The translations under genes were made by a program, and so were the position numbers. A DNA stretch of 61,813 bases, the filler included, from Porpidia crustulata (taxonomy: Eukaryota): the NCBI GenBank assembly GCA_964255105.1. It is 6 parts of 6 records of this genome, joined end to end, with 100 filler letters (N's around TTAATTAATTAA, not from the genome) between each part and the next. Parts side by side here need not be neighbours in the genome. Positions count along the whole stretch, not along the records: positions 20,662 to 30,888 come from CAXUWE010000813.1; positions 30,989 to 41,202 come from CAXUWE010000814.1; 4 more parts are not named here. One strand, given 5' to 3'. Numbering within the stretch: position 1 is the stretch's first letter; every line of letters starts with the position of its first letter. Below, piece by piece: positions 25,118 through 38,800 of the stretch. The notes below the pieces were generated by a model. The model was given only the letters and a program-made list of their open reading frames with translations, did not search any database and was not told the DNA's origin.

Positions 25118-27077
25118 CAAAGCTCGAAAATCCTTCTATCGTTGCTATAGAATTTCTTGTAGATATCGTATGAAGTAAAATATTTCGCGATGCAGGATTT
25201 GTCGTACAGATGAGCCTACAAGCGATAGAAACAATGCGCTCGTACAAACGTCAATTGCTGCAAAGAATTTAGCCCTTTTGCTGTCAGGATCTTGATTTCA
25301 AGCCATGCACCGTAGAATGATCTGTAATGGGACACGATTCGCAATACCGAGAGGTAGCTTGTGGGCTTGCCTCCGCACAGTGTAGTGTGGTGTAGTGTGG
25401 ACAGTGGGGAGCTAAAGCGGAACTGCGGAGCTCTGCGCTTCGCAGTCTAGATGTGCTTAGAAACCTGCAACAGAGTCGGCGGAGAAAACTTGACGACTCA
25501 GCACAGTAGTGCAATGCGCTCTCTAGCCCTCGGCGTAGATCCTTCCTATCTAGCAGACCCTGGACCTATCATTGCGGTTTTTATCTTGTCTTTTGTTTGC
25601 TTATATTTGGTGGCCCCAATCCCGCGATGCCCTCGGCCGTTTGACGCAGCATTGTGAAACCACATGGCGCGAAATCAGGAGAGAGGCCTTCGCAAGCTCT
25701 TCACTACTTGTCACGCCGGCGCAGGATTGTTGCAACATGTTTGGAACCTGAAAGAAACTCCATGCGCGTTGTCAATCATGTCAGAGAAGAGACAATGCTA
25801 TTCTAAATCACAGGACAAAGAATTATTGGGCCAGGATGAAGGAGGAGGATATTTCATACCTGTACTCCGTAGGTCGATGGGTACACTTGGCGCATAGTCG
25901 AGCGGCCAAGAATCGCAAGAGGAAGCAAGCGGTTGATTCAGTGGCTTCGGTGCTGACTGCTACGCACACTCGAGACGAGGATTGGTTCGATTGCACGCCT
26001 TTTCTTGTTCACCAACAACCCATTACCCAGCGCCCTGAGGGGTCCTTCCCAGCTCATTCCGACTCTAGCCCAGACCAGCGAACCAGCCTACTGCGCAATG
26101 GTAATCAAGTAGATCATTGAGCCATCCAATAATCGCTCCCTAAAGCATAGTTTCTCGTAGTAATGGATGTGTGCGAGCGTGCAGTCTTGCTTGGATGATA
26201 GATGTCCTGTTGGACTCAACATATGCAAATAAAATGGTGCGATACGCTTCATCCATGTACTCAGAATAGAACTCGCTCGCATGCCATCAATTGCAAGTGG
26301 TTTTCAGTCTGCCTAGTACACCACTGTTTATTGCCAGCATTCTTTCCAGGTTGTGCTGTTTGCATAAAAATTGTCCTGTGCAGGGCTGCTGCTGGGACTT
26401 GTGAAGCGTATCTAAGTTCGCTTCTCACATTTTAGTCCCTCTTCTCCTCACTCATCGTCGCTGAAGCGTCAACCATCAGCAGACACCATCCACCCCATAA
26501 GTCTCCTCATTGTATCACAGTCACCGTGGCATAATTGCCATTCATCCCCCATACCTCAAATTTCTGCGCCCTTCATTGAAATCTGTATCCATAGCACAAA
26601 CTCCAAGTTACAATCAAGGGCTCAGCAGATCTCTGGACCTCCAGACGAACCGTTCAGCTAGCCACATCAACGGTTTCGCGGACTTTTCTGGTGAGTAGAT
26701 TTTGTCTTATGAAGGGTTGCGATCAAGTCGAAAGTAACCTATTTGCCGTCATACCCTCCACTTTCCTATCCCTTGGCTTGCGAGAGGCCCTGGTTGTCAG
26801 CAGACCAGCCAGGCCACCGCATCGTATTGCAAGCCTCTACTGCTCGGTGTGCTCAACGCATGTCTTGAAAGCATGATGGCACTTTTGCTTAAATTTCCTA
26901 ACATCTACTAATCATCATCTCTTGAATAGATTATCGCTCGTTGTTTCCATGTTAACCCCATGCGACAGCACACACTGCTGAAGCCATCCGACCGCCCAAC
27001 CCCCAGATCCTACAACCATTTTCCAACACCTTCTCCTAGTAGCACACACAGTCGCTACCTCTACAGGCGACATAAAC

Positions 27078-29362
27078 ATGGACGTTTCCAACTTGCTCTC
27101 TTATGACGCACCGCAACACACTCGTCAACAACAGGAAAGCGAGGCCACAAAACCAGAGCAACAACGCTTCCATCAGTACCCAACTCGTCATGCAGTATTA
27201 AACAGCCACCAACTCCAGAATGATCAACGCTATGCGACTTCTCCACCAAGCCACATCTACGCTATGAACAGCCATGGTCCTCAGAGCACCTACGATCCTT
27301 CACCAGCGAGTCCAACACCAAAAAATGTTACGTTCGAGCTTCTTTTCGACGGTGACACTCAATATCGAGCACGACTGCCTATGAGAGTGCAAATATTTCC
27401 CCATGATACAACAGACTCAATTGTGACCACAGTAAAGAACTTCTATGGACTTTACGAAGGTGCAACGAAAGGTGTTAGCTTTGAGGATGAGCGAGGAAAC
27501 ACCCTCATAGCCAGGTACGAGAATTTTAGAAATCATATGATCATTTACGTTAGAGTCATTCCCGATTACTCTCAACCCACGAATTCGCACATACCATCCG
27601 GCTACACCTCTGCTTCTCCCATAAGCGCGAACCGAATCAGCCATCCGCTTGAAGAGCCTCCGCAGATACTTCCGCCTCACGCTGCACAGATACTTTTTTA
27701 TGGTCAGCCAGCGTCGCGGCCTATATCGCGAGCTACCAGTAAGCGAAGTGCGTCACCTCGATCCAAAAGTCGACGGAGCGAATCTGCGCATAAAGGCCTT
27801 GGACGTTCAGGCATCAAAAGTCGTGAAGCAAGCGCTCATGGAAACTTTGAAGACATCAACAGCGATGCTATCAACGGGTATAGTAGCGGCGACGGTGGAG
27901 CAGGTTCGGTATCAAGTTCTCGCAAGGCTCGAAGTGAACAACTTGCAAGCGCTGAGATTAGCTTGGATAATATTCTTGAGGGTGGCAGGAGGAAGAGAGC
28001 CAAGTTTGAAAGCTCTGTACGTTCCACACGATGCACACATCGGATGGTACCCAGCACTAATAAATGTTTTTTCCACAGGAATTACCTCTTTTCGTGCCAC
28101 CGCAAGTGCCAGCACCAAATTCAATATCCTCAATCTCGCCACAAAGGCGTTCAAATGCGCATGATGAACCCTCTCCTTTTGCAAGACCACCGCAACGCCC
28201 TTTTGCGTATAATCAACCACTACAGTCTCCATTGAGTTACGGGCATAGTGAGCACTCTTATGGAATCGTGCCGTCAACCGGTACCCTACACTCATCGGCT
28301 CCTCCGAATCAGCATGGGCATCGCCTTCGCGATCGTGCTAATATGCCATCGATTGCAACTCGATCGATTACGGGGACTATGCCTCGAGCACAAGGCTTTG
28401 GCATCCTTCCCACGCCCGATCCAACTGTTGCCAGCTGCATCTCAGATGAAGATGTCGCTCTGCAACTAATGCGACTCGGAGATGCCTCGAATATCTCACG
28501 TGGACGTACTTCAGCCTCCACCCTAGATGACGCACTTAGTGGCCGCGCTGACGCTGCCTCATCTGGAACAAGCGAAAGTGGCGATGCATGTGACACTGTT
28601 AAAGAACCGTTGCTGCCAACACCAAACCTCCAGCCGAAACAAGATGGAAGCCCTACTGTTCACCCACGTTCAATCAAGAAATACAAACATGCCGATGGGC
28701 TCATTCCCGGCTTCGATAGCACGGAGCATAGTAGTGATGAACGAGACGGAGAGTATCTGTATGACGAGAAGAAAGATGGTGTTTTCAAAAGTGACCCTGA
28801 TGACCTGGTCAACGAATATGGGCAATCCATTAAGCCAAGAATCTCAGGATCCAAGTCCTCTCAAGGCGGTGCAACGAAGGCGCGGAACAATAGCTCTTCG
28901 AAGAGGAGTGGTAAAGCCTCAAAGCCGAGAAGTGGTGGCATTCCCAAAAAAGGAAAGCCTACACATCTCTCTACCGGACCTAAGCTTCCAATGTCACCAG
29001 CATCCACTGGCCCGCAGTCTCGTAAAACATCATCCGCTTCTACTCTGAACTTCCAGCACCACCTTGGCGCCGATGAAGAGGACCTTTCTTCAAAACCACG
29101 CTGCCAGCGATGTCGGAAAAGCAAGAAAGGGTGTGATCGCCAGCGACCTTGCCAGCGTTGTCAAGATGCTGGGATTGGTGCTGAAGGCTGCGTTAGCGAA
29201 GACGAAGGTAATGGTCGAAAAGGGCGCTTTGGTCGCCATATGGGTGTCTCAGTCAAGAAAGATAACCAGGACAATGCCATTGGGGATGAGTTCGAGACCG
29301 CCGATGCCGTGCCCAACGACGTGTCTGTCAGCCCGGAGAAGAGCAAGAAGAGAAAGCGTTAG
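27078..29362 (+). CDS. Protein with C-terminal Zn(II)2Cys6 cluster (exons 27078-28016, 28079-29362)
   Basis: The GTACGT...CTAAT...CAG intron joins RRKRAKFESS to ELPLFVPPQVP. CQRCRKSKKGCDRQRPCQRCQDAGIGAEGC lies near the C-terminus, followed by an NLS-like KSKKRKR end. Confidence 0.85.
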
Positions 29363-30428
29363 AACAAATACTTACATGGCACCTTCCCCCGGATGCAGCT
29401 GCCTGCTATCTCAACTCGTTACTCGCTGAATATTCTGCGATGTTCTAAACCAGCTCCCTAATGTTCTACTTAAAACATAGAGGGATCGGATGAAGAAGAT
29501 ATATTGCATTCTTACTACACGGAAGACTCACAGCACAATTCTCGGAGCTGAAGCCCGTTTTCGCCTAAGGTTTCGCTGGAATGCTTCCGTACATTTCCGG
29601 GCAGCCCACATTCCTTGGCAACGCGATTATTGTTCCCGTATGGCTGGGTAGGTTGGATAGGTGCCGTGGATTACTTACATCCAATGTAACCCCCAAAATT
29701 TACCACTAATCAGTCGTCCCTTTTCTTCTCGCTACCAAAAGCAATTTCCTTGACCTTAACTTTCTCGCACTGCTTAAGATTTGGCGTGCAGGCGAAGGGT
29801 ATCCGGGATTTCACAATGGCGTAATGCTGTCAGGAAATTTGGTCAAGCAATTGGTCATGAACGTACACGAATCTCAACACTTGTGTTTCCCGGCAGCCTA
29901 CGGCGTTGGCTTGTGTGTAATTTCAGTAACCGTGATATTTCTATCGGGTTCTTTAGACTATGTACAGGCATCCAACCCAAAAAGATCCTTCATCACCCTG
30001 GATCGGCATGATCGGGTCATTCGGCCAGTCACGTACAGTCGCCCCCGGTGATAATGGGGTCCAACGTACACGTGACCGAAGCAATCATCTGCTACCAGAA
30101 AGCATCGATAAACTTCACGTCGATTACATTATTAAAACCCATCCACACCATACTTCAATGCGCTGTAGGTATCTATAGTAGAGAGAGCACTTATCAAGTA
30201 CAATCATAGTCTCCGCCGGTTAAGGCCGAGTGGCGCGATGTCGATTTAAGGTTGTTTCAGGTAGCGTGGGGTGCATCAAGTGGAGCTTCGCTTATGGATT
30301 TAGCGCACAATCGTTCTTAGCTCCATAAGTCCTATGTTCGCCCCTCTGATCGTCGTCTATCATATAATGAGACTGACTCTAACATTTTAATATTGAGCTG
30401 GTCCTTATTTGCTATTGAGTTTCCAGTT

Positions 30429-30888
30429 ATGCCTCCAAAGCTGAAGGTGCAGCCTCGCCGACAGCCCCCTCGAGGTGCTTCAAGTTCCCAAGTAGAGGAA
30501 ACGGCCAATGTAATGGCGCCAAAAGAATCCGTCACAGAGGACGTTGAAATGACAGAGGATAGACCTGACATATTGGAGAAACTACTACCTGAGCCTGAAG
30601 TCCCTGAGCCGGTATCCGCATCTGCGCCGCCAGTAGCTCAAGCTACGAAACGCCCAGTGCAGCGGCTTGCTTCTCTTCATCCACGACTAACCGCACCAGG
30701 TCCTCCAGGAAGCCGACCAGTAGGCGGACTAAAGTTTCAGCCTAAATCCTTTATCCGCCGAAGTAAGGAGGAGCGAGAAGCTCAAGAGCAAGTAGAGGCC
30801 GAACGCCGACAAGCTAGACTTGCGGCCGTGGGAGCTTTCAGCTCATCGGTGGCCCAGCGAGGAGGATTCAACGGAAGGGGGGCTGGGA
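30429..30888 (+). CDS. RNA polymerase III subunit Rpc53/RPC4-like, N-terminal part only
   Basis: LKFQPKSFIRRSKEEREA resembles the Rpc53 N-terminal motif KFKPK..(R/K)SKEEREA and is followed by an RG-rich segment. Truncated by the contig end. Confidence 0.6.
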
Positions 30889-30988
30889 NNNNNNNNNNNN
30901 NNNNNNNNNNNNNNNNNNNNNNNNNNNNNNNNTTAATTAATTAANNNNNNNNNNNNNNNNNNNNNNNNNNNNNNNNNNNNNNNNNNNN
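30889..30988. other. Artificial contig spacer
   Basis: N44-TTAATTAATTAA-N44. Confidence 0.97.
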
Positions 30989-32281
30989 GTTTACTGTTGG
31001 CCATGTGTGCGGGCAGGCCTTCGGTGAGGCTGCTATGGGAGTCCTTCAGCAACGCCTGGATATTCGAAAGTTTGCTATCGTAATCGCGCACGCTCCTCTC
31101 GATGCCTTGGACCCTCTGGTCCATTGCGTTAAGCTGATCGCCGGAGCTGGCCATCGTGTTGCGCATCAGTTCTCTGTGCCGCCCTTCCGAGTTCTCGGCG
31201 AGTTTTGTGAGTTGTCGGGACAGGCTGTCAACTGAGGCGGCGATGATTTGCAATCTGTTGTGTAAATCATCGAATTGCGCGTCTGAGGTCTTGTAGGAGG
31301 AAGCTGGAGGATCTGCGGGTTGTTGCTGATTATTTTGAGGAGGCGGAGGGGGGGGAGGTTGCATTCGTCGGGGCTCTTCTCGGGCGAACGAGGTTGAGGT
31401 GGAGAGGAGGAACTTGTAGGCCTCGAATGAGTCTGGGGTGTCTGCAGACGCAGCGGAGACCCCGAAATAGTATCCAGACGGCAGTTTGACCTATTGATCA
31501 GGTTAATGTGGGTATTGAATTAAAAAACCTATGGACTCACTTTATCGGTCCAAAAACAGCGTCTGTGATCAACAAGCACCTCAAACGCGTTCGAGTCCTG
31601 TCTAATCTGGATTTGTGACGGTCGACCGAGATTCCGATAGGCATAATCGCAATGTCCAAATGCCAACGAGTCGACAGCAGCACTTTTGTAATCAGTACCT
31701 CCGTCATTCATGAAGCCTCTGATGCGTCCTCCAGTCCCTCCATAAGTATCAACAACAAGGACAAAACCGTCAAATTTCCCAACAGTATATAAACTTGACT
31801 GGGCTATGTTTGCCGGTTCCTTGGTATACCATATCTGCAGATTGCCGCCTCCTCTTTCTGGACCGGTAGCTCGAAAGTCAAAGTCTACGATCCATTCCGA
31901 CTGCGCTACACTATTTCATGGATTAGAACTAGAGGCCTTGTATACCCAAAGATGCATACCTGTGATCTGCCAATATGGCTCCTCTTCGATTTCCGGGATA
32001 GGGAGGCGTCAGGACGACCTTATCCGAGTACTATGCATATTAGAACTGCCGTCGTATGCTAGTCTTATTGTAGCTTACTATTTGCGGTACATGTCCTTCA
32101 CCTGTTACTTGCCAATTTGGAATGGATATCTGATTAGGAGATATGCTAGACATTCATCAGTATTTATGACAAGGAGGCGAAAGGATCCCAACCTTCCAAC
32201 ATGCCCAAAGCTTGAGCTCTCGATAATGTACTGCGCTGATGCTACCGCTATCACCAGCGACAGACATAGGGGTGAAATCAT
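30989..32281 (-). CDS. L-type lectin ER/Golgi cargo receptor (Emp46/Emp47/ERGIC-53-like); multi-exon, 3' truncated
   Basis: Signal peptide MISPLCLSLVIAVASA, lectin motifs VVLTPPYPGNRRGAI, FRATGPERGGGNLQIWY, FDGFVLVVD and GYYFGVSAAS, then a coiled-coil stalk (ORF 30933-31364). Confidence 0.85.
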
Positions 32282-32781
32282 TGGTGATTGGGCACGAGCG
32301 CCCGAGAAACGAATGCTGATGCAGACGTGGCTTGGTAGCCGTGTTGATGCTCGGTCGAATGGAGTGGCCAATACCCAGCGACGTCCCGTAGAAGAGCCTT
32401 GGTATTGGACTCTATCTTTCTGGCCCTTGGCTTTGTTTGTTGAAGAACCGTACGCCGAGAACGCTCTTGACAATGCTGACCGCAGAGAAGCCGACGACAA
32501 TAGCAATTATACAATACCGAACTTCTTTGATTATAGATACAGTAGAAGGAGACAACTCAACAGAGTGTCTAATGTTCAATGTTGTGAAAGCAACAGTGTG
32601 CCTTACTGCCACCCCATCTGTGAAGTCCATCTTGATTCCAGGTGTCATGTAGTCCGATTGCCTGTATCGAAACAGGGGTAATACGCTAATATAATACCTG
32701 CATGGGCCGTTTGATACTTTTAGATCCATGTTGGACTTCAAGGACATCTCTAGTGCTGCTGATACTCAAGTCGATGTCTCA

Positions 32782-34561
32782 ATGGCTGTTCTATTCCCCA
32801 CGATCGCACAATGTACTATCGTCGTAACAGCGTTCAAAATACTCCTCTTCCCAGCATAGTTAGTGCGGAATCACCTACCATCGCACAGTAAAGAAGCTGA
32901 CGAGTGTTGGGCAGTAAATCCACTGATTTTGAGGTCCATCGGAATTGGCTTGCTATCACTCATTCACTGCCCGTCAAAAGCTGGTACTACGAGGTTCCTC
33001 TTCTCTTCCTATCATAGACTAGGAGAATCATTTACTTATATTTACGTTGCACTTTCAGAACACGTCCGAATGGACCCTCGATTATCCCCCGTTTTTTGCC
33101 TATTTCGAATGGGTGCTCTCTTTGGCCGCCCAATATGTCGATCCGCGATTGCTAGACATCAAACAACAGAACTACGATAGTTGGCAGACTGTCTACTTCC
33201 AGCGGTCAACCGTCGTTATAACAGACCTGGTACTGGCTTTTGCATTGTACAAGTAAAACTACGAAAATCTCATGTCGAATAAGAGAAATTCTAATTCGGG
33301 TTGGTAGGTACATAGAGACCTCACCTCTTCATCAGAAGCAGGCGTCCCACGCCATTGCCATATCAATCTTGCTTTCCCCTGCATTGCTCATTATCGACCA
33401 CATCCACTTTCAGTACAATGGGTTTCTATATGGAATTCTTATACTGTCCTTGGTCTATGCTCGAAAACAATCGACCATGCTCTGGAGCGGCCTTCTTTTT
33501 GCAGGACTACTTTGTCTGAAGCATATATATCTGTACCTGGCGCCTGCCTACTTCATCTATCTGCTACGGGCATACTGTCTCAGCCAAAAATCAATCATGA
33601 ACATACGCTTCGGCAATGCAATCAAGCTGGGATCGGGTCTAGTGGTAATCTTCGGGGCTGCGTTAGGGCCATTTTGGCATTGGGGACAGCTTGATCAGCT
33701 GTTGAGCAGACTATTTCCGTTTTCGCGGGGTCTTTGCCACGCGTATTGGGCACCCAATATATGGGCCATGTATTCGTTCTCGGACAGAGTTCTTATTTAC
33801 CGTATGTCAAAGCGCTTCGTCCCGTTTGATTAAGACTTACAGTATTTCTAGTTGCGCCGAAATTAGGCTTGCCGATCGACCGTGTGGCTGTCCACAGTGT
33901 CACGCGAGGTCTTGTTGGCGACTCAATATTTGCGGTTCTCCCGGACGTGACGCCCAGAACGACCTTTACATTGACAATATTCTTTCAAGTAGTAAGTCTA
34001 TCAGTGCCGCATTTGGTTATCACATCTGACGCTCAACAGCTCGGTCTAGTCAAGCTCTTCATTAAGCCATCATGGGAGACATTCGTAGGCGCTGTCACGT
34101 TTTGTGGCTACGCGTCATTTCTCTTCGGCTGGCATGTCCACGAGAAGGCTATACTATTGGTGATCATTCCATTCAGCCTCTTAGCACTCAAGGATCGGCG
34201 ATACCTTGGCGCTTTCAGACCTTTGGCTGTCGCAGGACATGTTTCGCTCTTCCCACTTCTCTTCACCGCCGCAGAATTCCCAGTGAAAGCCGCAGACACC
34301 ATCTTCTGGCTCTTACTATTTCTTCTGGTGTTCGATCGTTTGGCACCAGTCTCATCGCGACCTCGGGTATTCTTACTCGATAGATTCTCACTTCTATATA
34401 TCACGGTGTCAATCCCCCTAATTGCATACTGCTCTTTAATCCATGGGCTAGTTTTCGGGGACAAGTACGAGTTTCTTCCGCTCATGTTTACCAGCTCCTA
34501 CTCAGCGGTTGGTGTGATGGGCAGCTGGATAGGGTTCCTTGTTGTGTACTTTACCTCGTAG
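32782..34561 (+). CDS. ALG8: Dolichyl-P-Glc:Glc1Man9GlcNAc2-PP-dolichol alpha-1,3-glucosyltransferase; multi-exon
   Basis: Exons encode [70 protein letters not shown] and [11 protein letters not shown]. Confidence 0.93.
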
Positions 34562-35812
34562 AAATATCAGAGATACCCCTTTAGTCACTATTATCAATCA
34601 CAACTTCATTCGGAAAGAACCTAAGTGCAAGAACAAGAAGCGGCCAAATATGTTGGAATTACATCGTGATTGAGAGTGGGCCAAATCTCTCTCAAGAACT
34701 TCCCCTTGACCAATGCTCCTAATAGACCCTCTTCTGATGTCGAATACGAAGAAGACGAAGCGGTCATTTCACAAGAGGATCGGTGACTGATGTTGCATGA
34801 ATTTTTATTGACGTTCAAATGTAGTGATTCTTTGATTGTAGATCGGGAAGCTCTGTTTCGCAAATAGCCTGGAGCCAGCCCAAACATCTAGAGGAGATGT
34901 CCAAAGAGGATAAGACCATACGTAAACTGAGTAGTAAGACTACATTACTCTTGATATGGAATACTAAATAGTCTATATATGACAGAGTGTGGCTAAACAT
35001 ATTGCTCGATCAACCTTTGCGTAGGATTCCAATCAATTGGACACATTGCGCTTCGCAAGGAGGGAGTCAAATAGGGAGCCCGAGGGAATGGCATCATATT
35101 TATATATACATCTTCTACAAAAGAGTCACCGTGAGTTGAATGCACCAGAAGCGACGATTCGAACAAGCCCATACAAGAGGGTGTCATGTTGGGAGAGGAT
35201 GCGGTATGGGTGGGCAGCAAAAGGAATATAAATGATGATACGGGCTGGAAGCAGGCGGGCAAAGAAATAAAGTAATAAATTAGATTTGGGGCTTGTGACT
35301 TTCCGGTGAAGTCGTTCCCCTCCAAAGCCACACCCTTTCGCGCTTACCACAGCAATGGATTCCCTCCAGGATATTTGGCCCATCATGCACTTTTTTACTC
35401 CCTCCCCGGCTTTCTGCTCCCACTCCGCCTCATGCTTGCAATCGCCAGCCTCGTCTACCATCAACCACCTTCGCTTCAAACCATCCGATACTCATCTCTA
35501 TACACGTCCGATAGCTTCGAGACGCGTAGAAATCTTCCCACTCAGCTGTGTAGCCGTTGGTGAGAGGGGGCTTTTGGGCCGACTGTTTTCTGCCTGGAGC
35601 CCCAAGATTGGCTCTTCGCGACCCTGGTCGATCGAAAGGTTCTTCATCATAGCTTAGACTAAATCGTATGCGCTTGCATTTGGGATCCCTAGAAGAGATA
35701 TTCAGGGCATTTGTTCCCCTCGGAGACCTCTCTGGCGAATCTACGTAGCCAACAAGCTTTACTGAACAAGCTTGAACAGACCACGAGACCTGAAAGGATC
35801 TGTTTGTCTAAA

Positions 35813-38800
35813 ATGGTTTGCTATACTCTACTTTCAAGGATTTCAATCATTGACCTAGAATAGGTGCTCTTCAAGCGCAAACCTGTCCTCTATATTCCCA
35901 AGGTCTCTTTGCCGGAAGATGCTGAAGTAAGTTTAAGTGAAAACACTTACCCTAAAAGATATTGACCAATGCATCAAGATATGGCCAATAGAAGAAACAG
36001 ATGAGGTCTTTACAAACTATGATGACTATCTGCATCGGTAAGTGCCAACAGTCTTGCCATACACGTATTTCTAGATCTAACCTCACTAGTATGGACTTTT
36101 ACAAACAGGTATATAGCATCGCCTTTTTACCTTGTCCGTTCAAGACTAATAATCATATCCAGAAACGTTTCATTTGTGAAATCACAGGCCATTCTGGGCT
36201 GAATTTCTTTGACGCATTGAAAAGTGAGGTGAATACTCTTAAATCCCTCCCCACTCCGCGATGCAATGAGTCGCAGTGGAGACCTAATCCTAAATAGATG
36301 GAAGCATCAGGCGAGGTTGACGACGCTTTCCCTGACGCGCTGAGAGAGCCCATCCTTAGAAAAATCCAATTCTCCACAATATCAAGAATTGACAGTCTGG
36401 GTTAGTAGGAATCCTCCCTATTACATGTTTGTGCTAATATCAATTTGTAGTCGATCATGTCTACGAGGTACGTTCCAATAACTTTGAGAAACCACGTAGC
36501 GACTGACCAGGTCTATTTCAGGAATTCAAGCAGGACTTTTACCCTGGGGAGGGTGTCACTGTTATCCTAGATAACGGCGATCGGCTGAATGGCCACGTCC
36601 GAGAAAAGACCAAATTCCCGGAATTATTCAAAGCGGATGGCACCTCAGAGCGGAAAGCTTTTGCTCGGTACTTTGTATGTCTTGCTGATCGGCCAAGCGA
36701 GGAAGCACTCGTTGATGAGGAGCATGTTGTGCGTGACCGAAAAACATTTACCAAGCAGAGATTACGGTCGTTTTTGAAAAACACTGTATCCCGCGAGGCC
36801 TGGACTGGCGCACCGTGGACTGTTAAGGCAAAGATCGCTGAAGAATATCGTATAAACACAGAAATACCTACCCATCTTCGATATGAGAACCAGGTTGCCC
36901 AAAGAAAAGCCAACATCTCCCAGAAGAGAGGTGAGTATGATGGGACTATACTCAGCTTCTATCCCACAACTGGTCGTCTTCCCGAGCTCAAGTCAAAGGG
37001 GCAGAAATCTAAGAATGCTCAGATAACTCAAAATGCCCAACTGGAAGCACGATCAAGGCAAGATCACTTTATTGAATATCAACGCGCCTTGTCAGGTAAT
37101 CCTGCATTTGGCAAGATTGAACAACCAAGACGGCCAGTCCAATTCAATCAGTATTTCAACGGTCACCCTGGCTTTGCCGTCAACGGATATCATCCGATCG
37201 CGTCTAAAGGCCAACCGAAGCCGCCACCTCCTCCAACTCCAAAATATCCCATTGAAGACCTCGAGATTCCTCCTACCCGCGATGGTAGTGTCCGCCCAGC
37301 GATGAAGTTCTTAACTGAAGACACGCCAAGCCCTGAACGCCTCTCCGACGGTGGTGGAAGCGGCATTATGATGGAATCAGTTGGCAGCCTTTTAGAGACG
37401 TGGAACACACTGAACGTTTACTGCGAGGTGTTCCAGCTCGACTCGTTTACCTTTGATGACTATATCGAGGCTCTGCAGTTCACGTCCGACGAAGTTCAAT
37501 GCGAGCTTCTTGTCGAGGTCCATTGCGCAGTACTCAAAAAGCTGGTGAACGACGTGAATGATAAAAACGGGCAGGTTCAAGTAGTTTTGCCAGAACCCGC
37601 GGAACCTGAAGGCGAGGACAAAAAGTCGAACGATGATAGCAGTAGCGTACACACACCAGCGCCAGAGCCGGAGGTGAATCCTCTAAGACGCACTACGCGG
37701 AGCAGTCTAGCCAAGTCTGAAGCAGCTGAGATGAGGGAGGCTGAGATGGAGAGCCGATCACCGATGATCGACCTCAAAGTACATCGCGCCGCTGAGATGG
37801 ACCAGTCGACACACATGCACGACTGGAAGATGCGACTTCGGAAACGTGAATTCGGCGATGGCAAGTGGATCATTATCATTGTTGGGCTCCTGTACCAACT
37901 ATCCAACAATCCCCGTCTCCGAAAATCCTGCGACGACATACTTGCGAAATTAGCTCCTCTGGATCAGGATGCAACGCCGGAAACCGCAATATCTCAGTAC
38001 GCTACTTTGAATATCAACCTACGAGTCAAGATCTTACAAATACTTTGCACGCTCTCTCTCGAGACAAAGGCGATAAGAGTCTACATGGAGGATTGTAGTA
38101 TTGAAATGACGGATTATCGCAAGGAGAAAATCAGGTTGCAACGTAATCGTAAGGATCTGTAAGTCGCTACCTCTATTCATAAATCATTATGTCGACTAAT
38201 TGAACTAGTATGGAGGACTTGAGGCTCCTTCACGAAGAACGGAAATTATTGCAGCCAGAAGTGAAATCGCCAACGCCAATCCCTGAGCTCGAAGACATTG
38301 GAGATTCAAAAATCGAAGACACTGATGTAGACGAAGTAGACGAAGATGTGAACATGGACACTGAAGACGAGGAACCCCATCAAGGACGTTCGTTGCGGCG
38401 CGCCAATGATAGGGCGTTAGAGCGAAAGAGAAAAGCCGAAGAGGAAAAGGATCGCAAGGAGAGGGTCCAAGCCGAGAAGATGAAGAAGCCCACGAAACAA
38501 GAAAAGCAACTTGAGAAAGTTCTCAAGAAGATCGAGGTTGCCAAGGAAAATATTAAGGAAATGGAAGAAGATGTAGCGACCATTGAAAACGATCTTCGAG
38601 AGGCTGATTGCCCACGAACCAGATGTCTTGGAAAAGATCGTTTCTGGAACCGCTACTACTGGTATGAACGCAATGCTATGCCCTACGCCGGTTTGCCTGA
38701 CAGCTCAACTGCCCACGCCGGCTATGCCAATGGATGCATTTGGGTTCAAGGACCTGACGATCTTGAGCGAACAGGGTTTATTGAGCTTTCTGAAGCCGAA

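Noticed and set aside
30214..30295. tRNA-like start (GCCGGTTAAGGCCGAGTGG)
   Set aside because: No T-arm GTTCRA motif or acceptor-stem pairing. I could not support any tRNA, rRNA or snRNA in the window.
31806..32681. 291-aa plus-strand ORF
   Set aside because: It is antisense to the spliced lectin exons and promoter and shows no family motifs.
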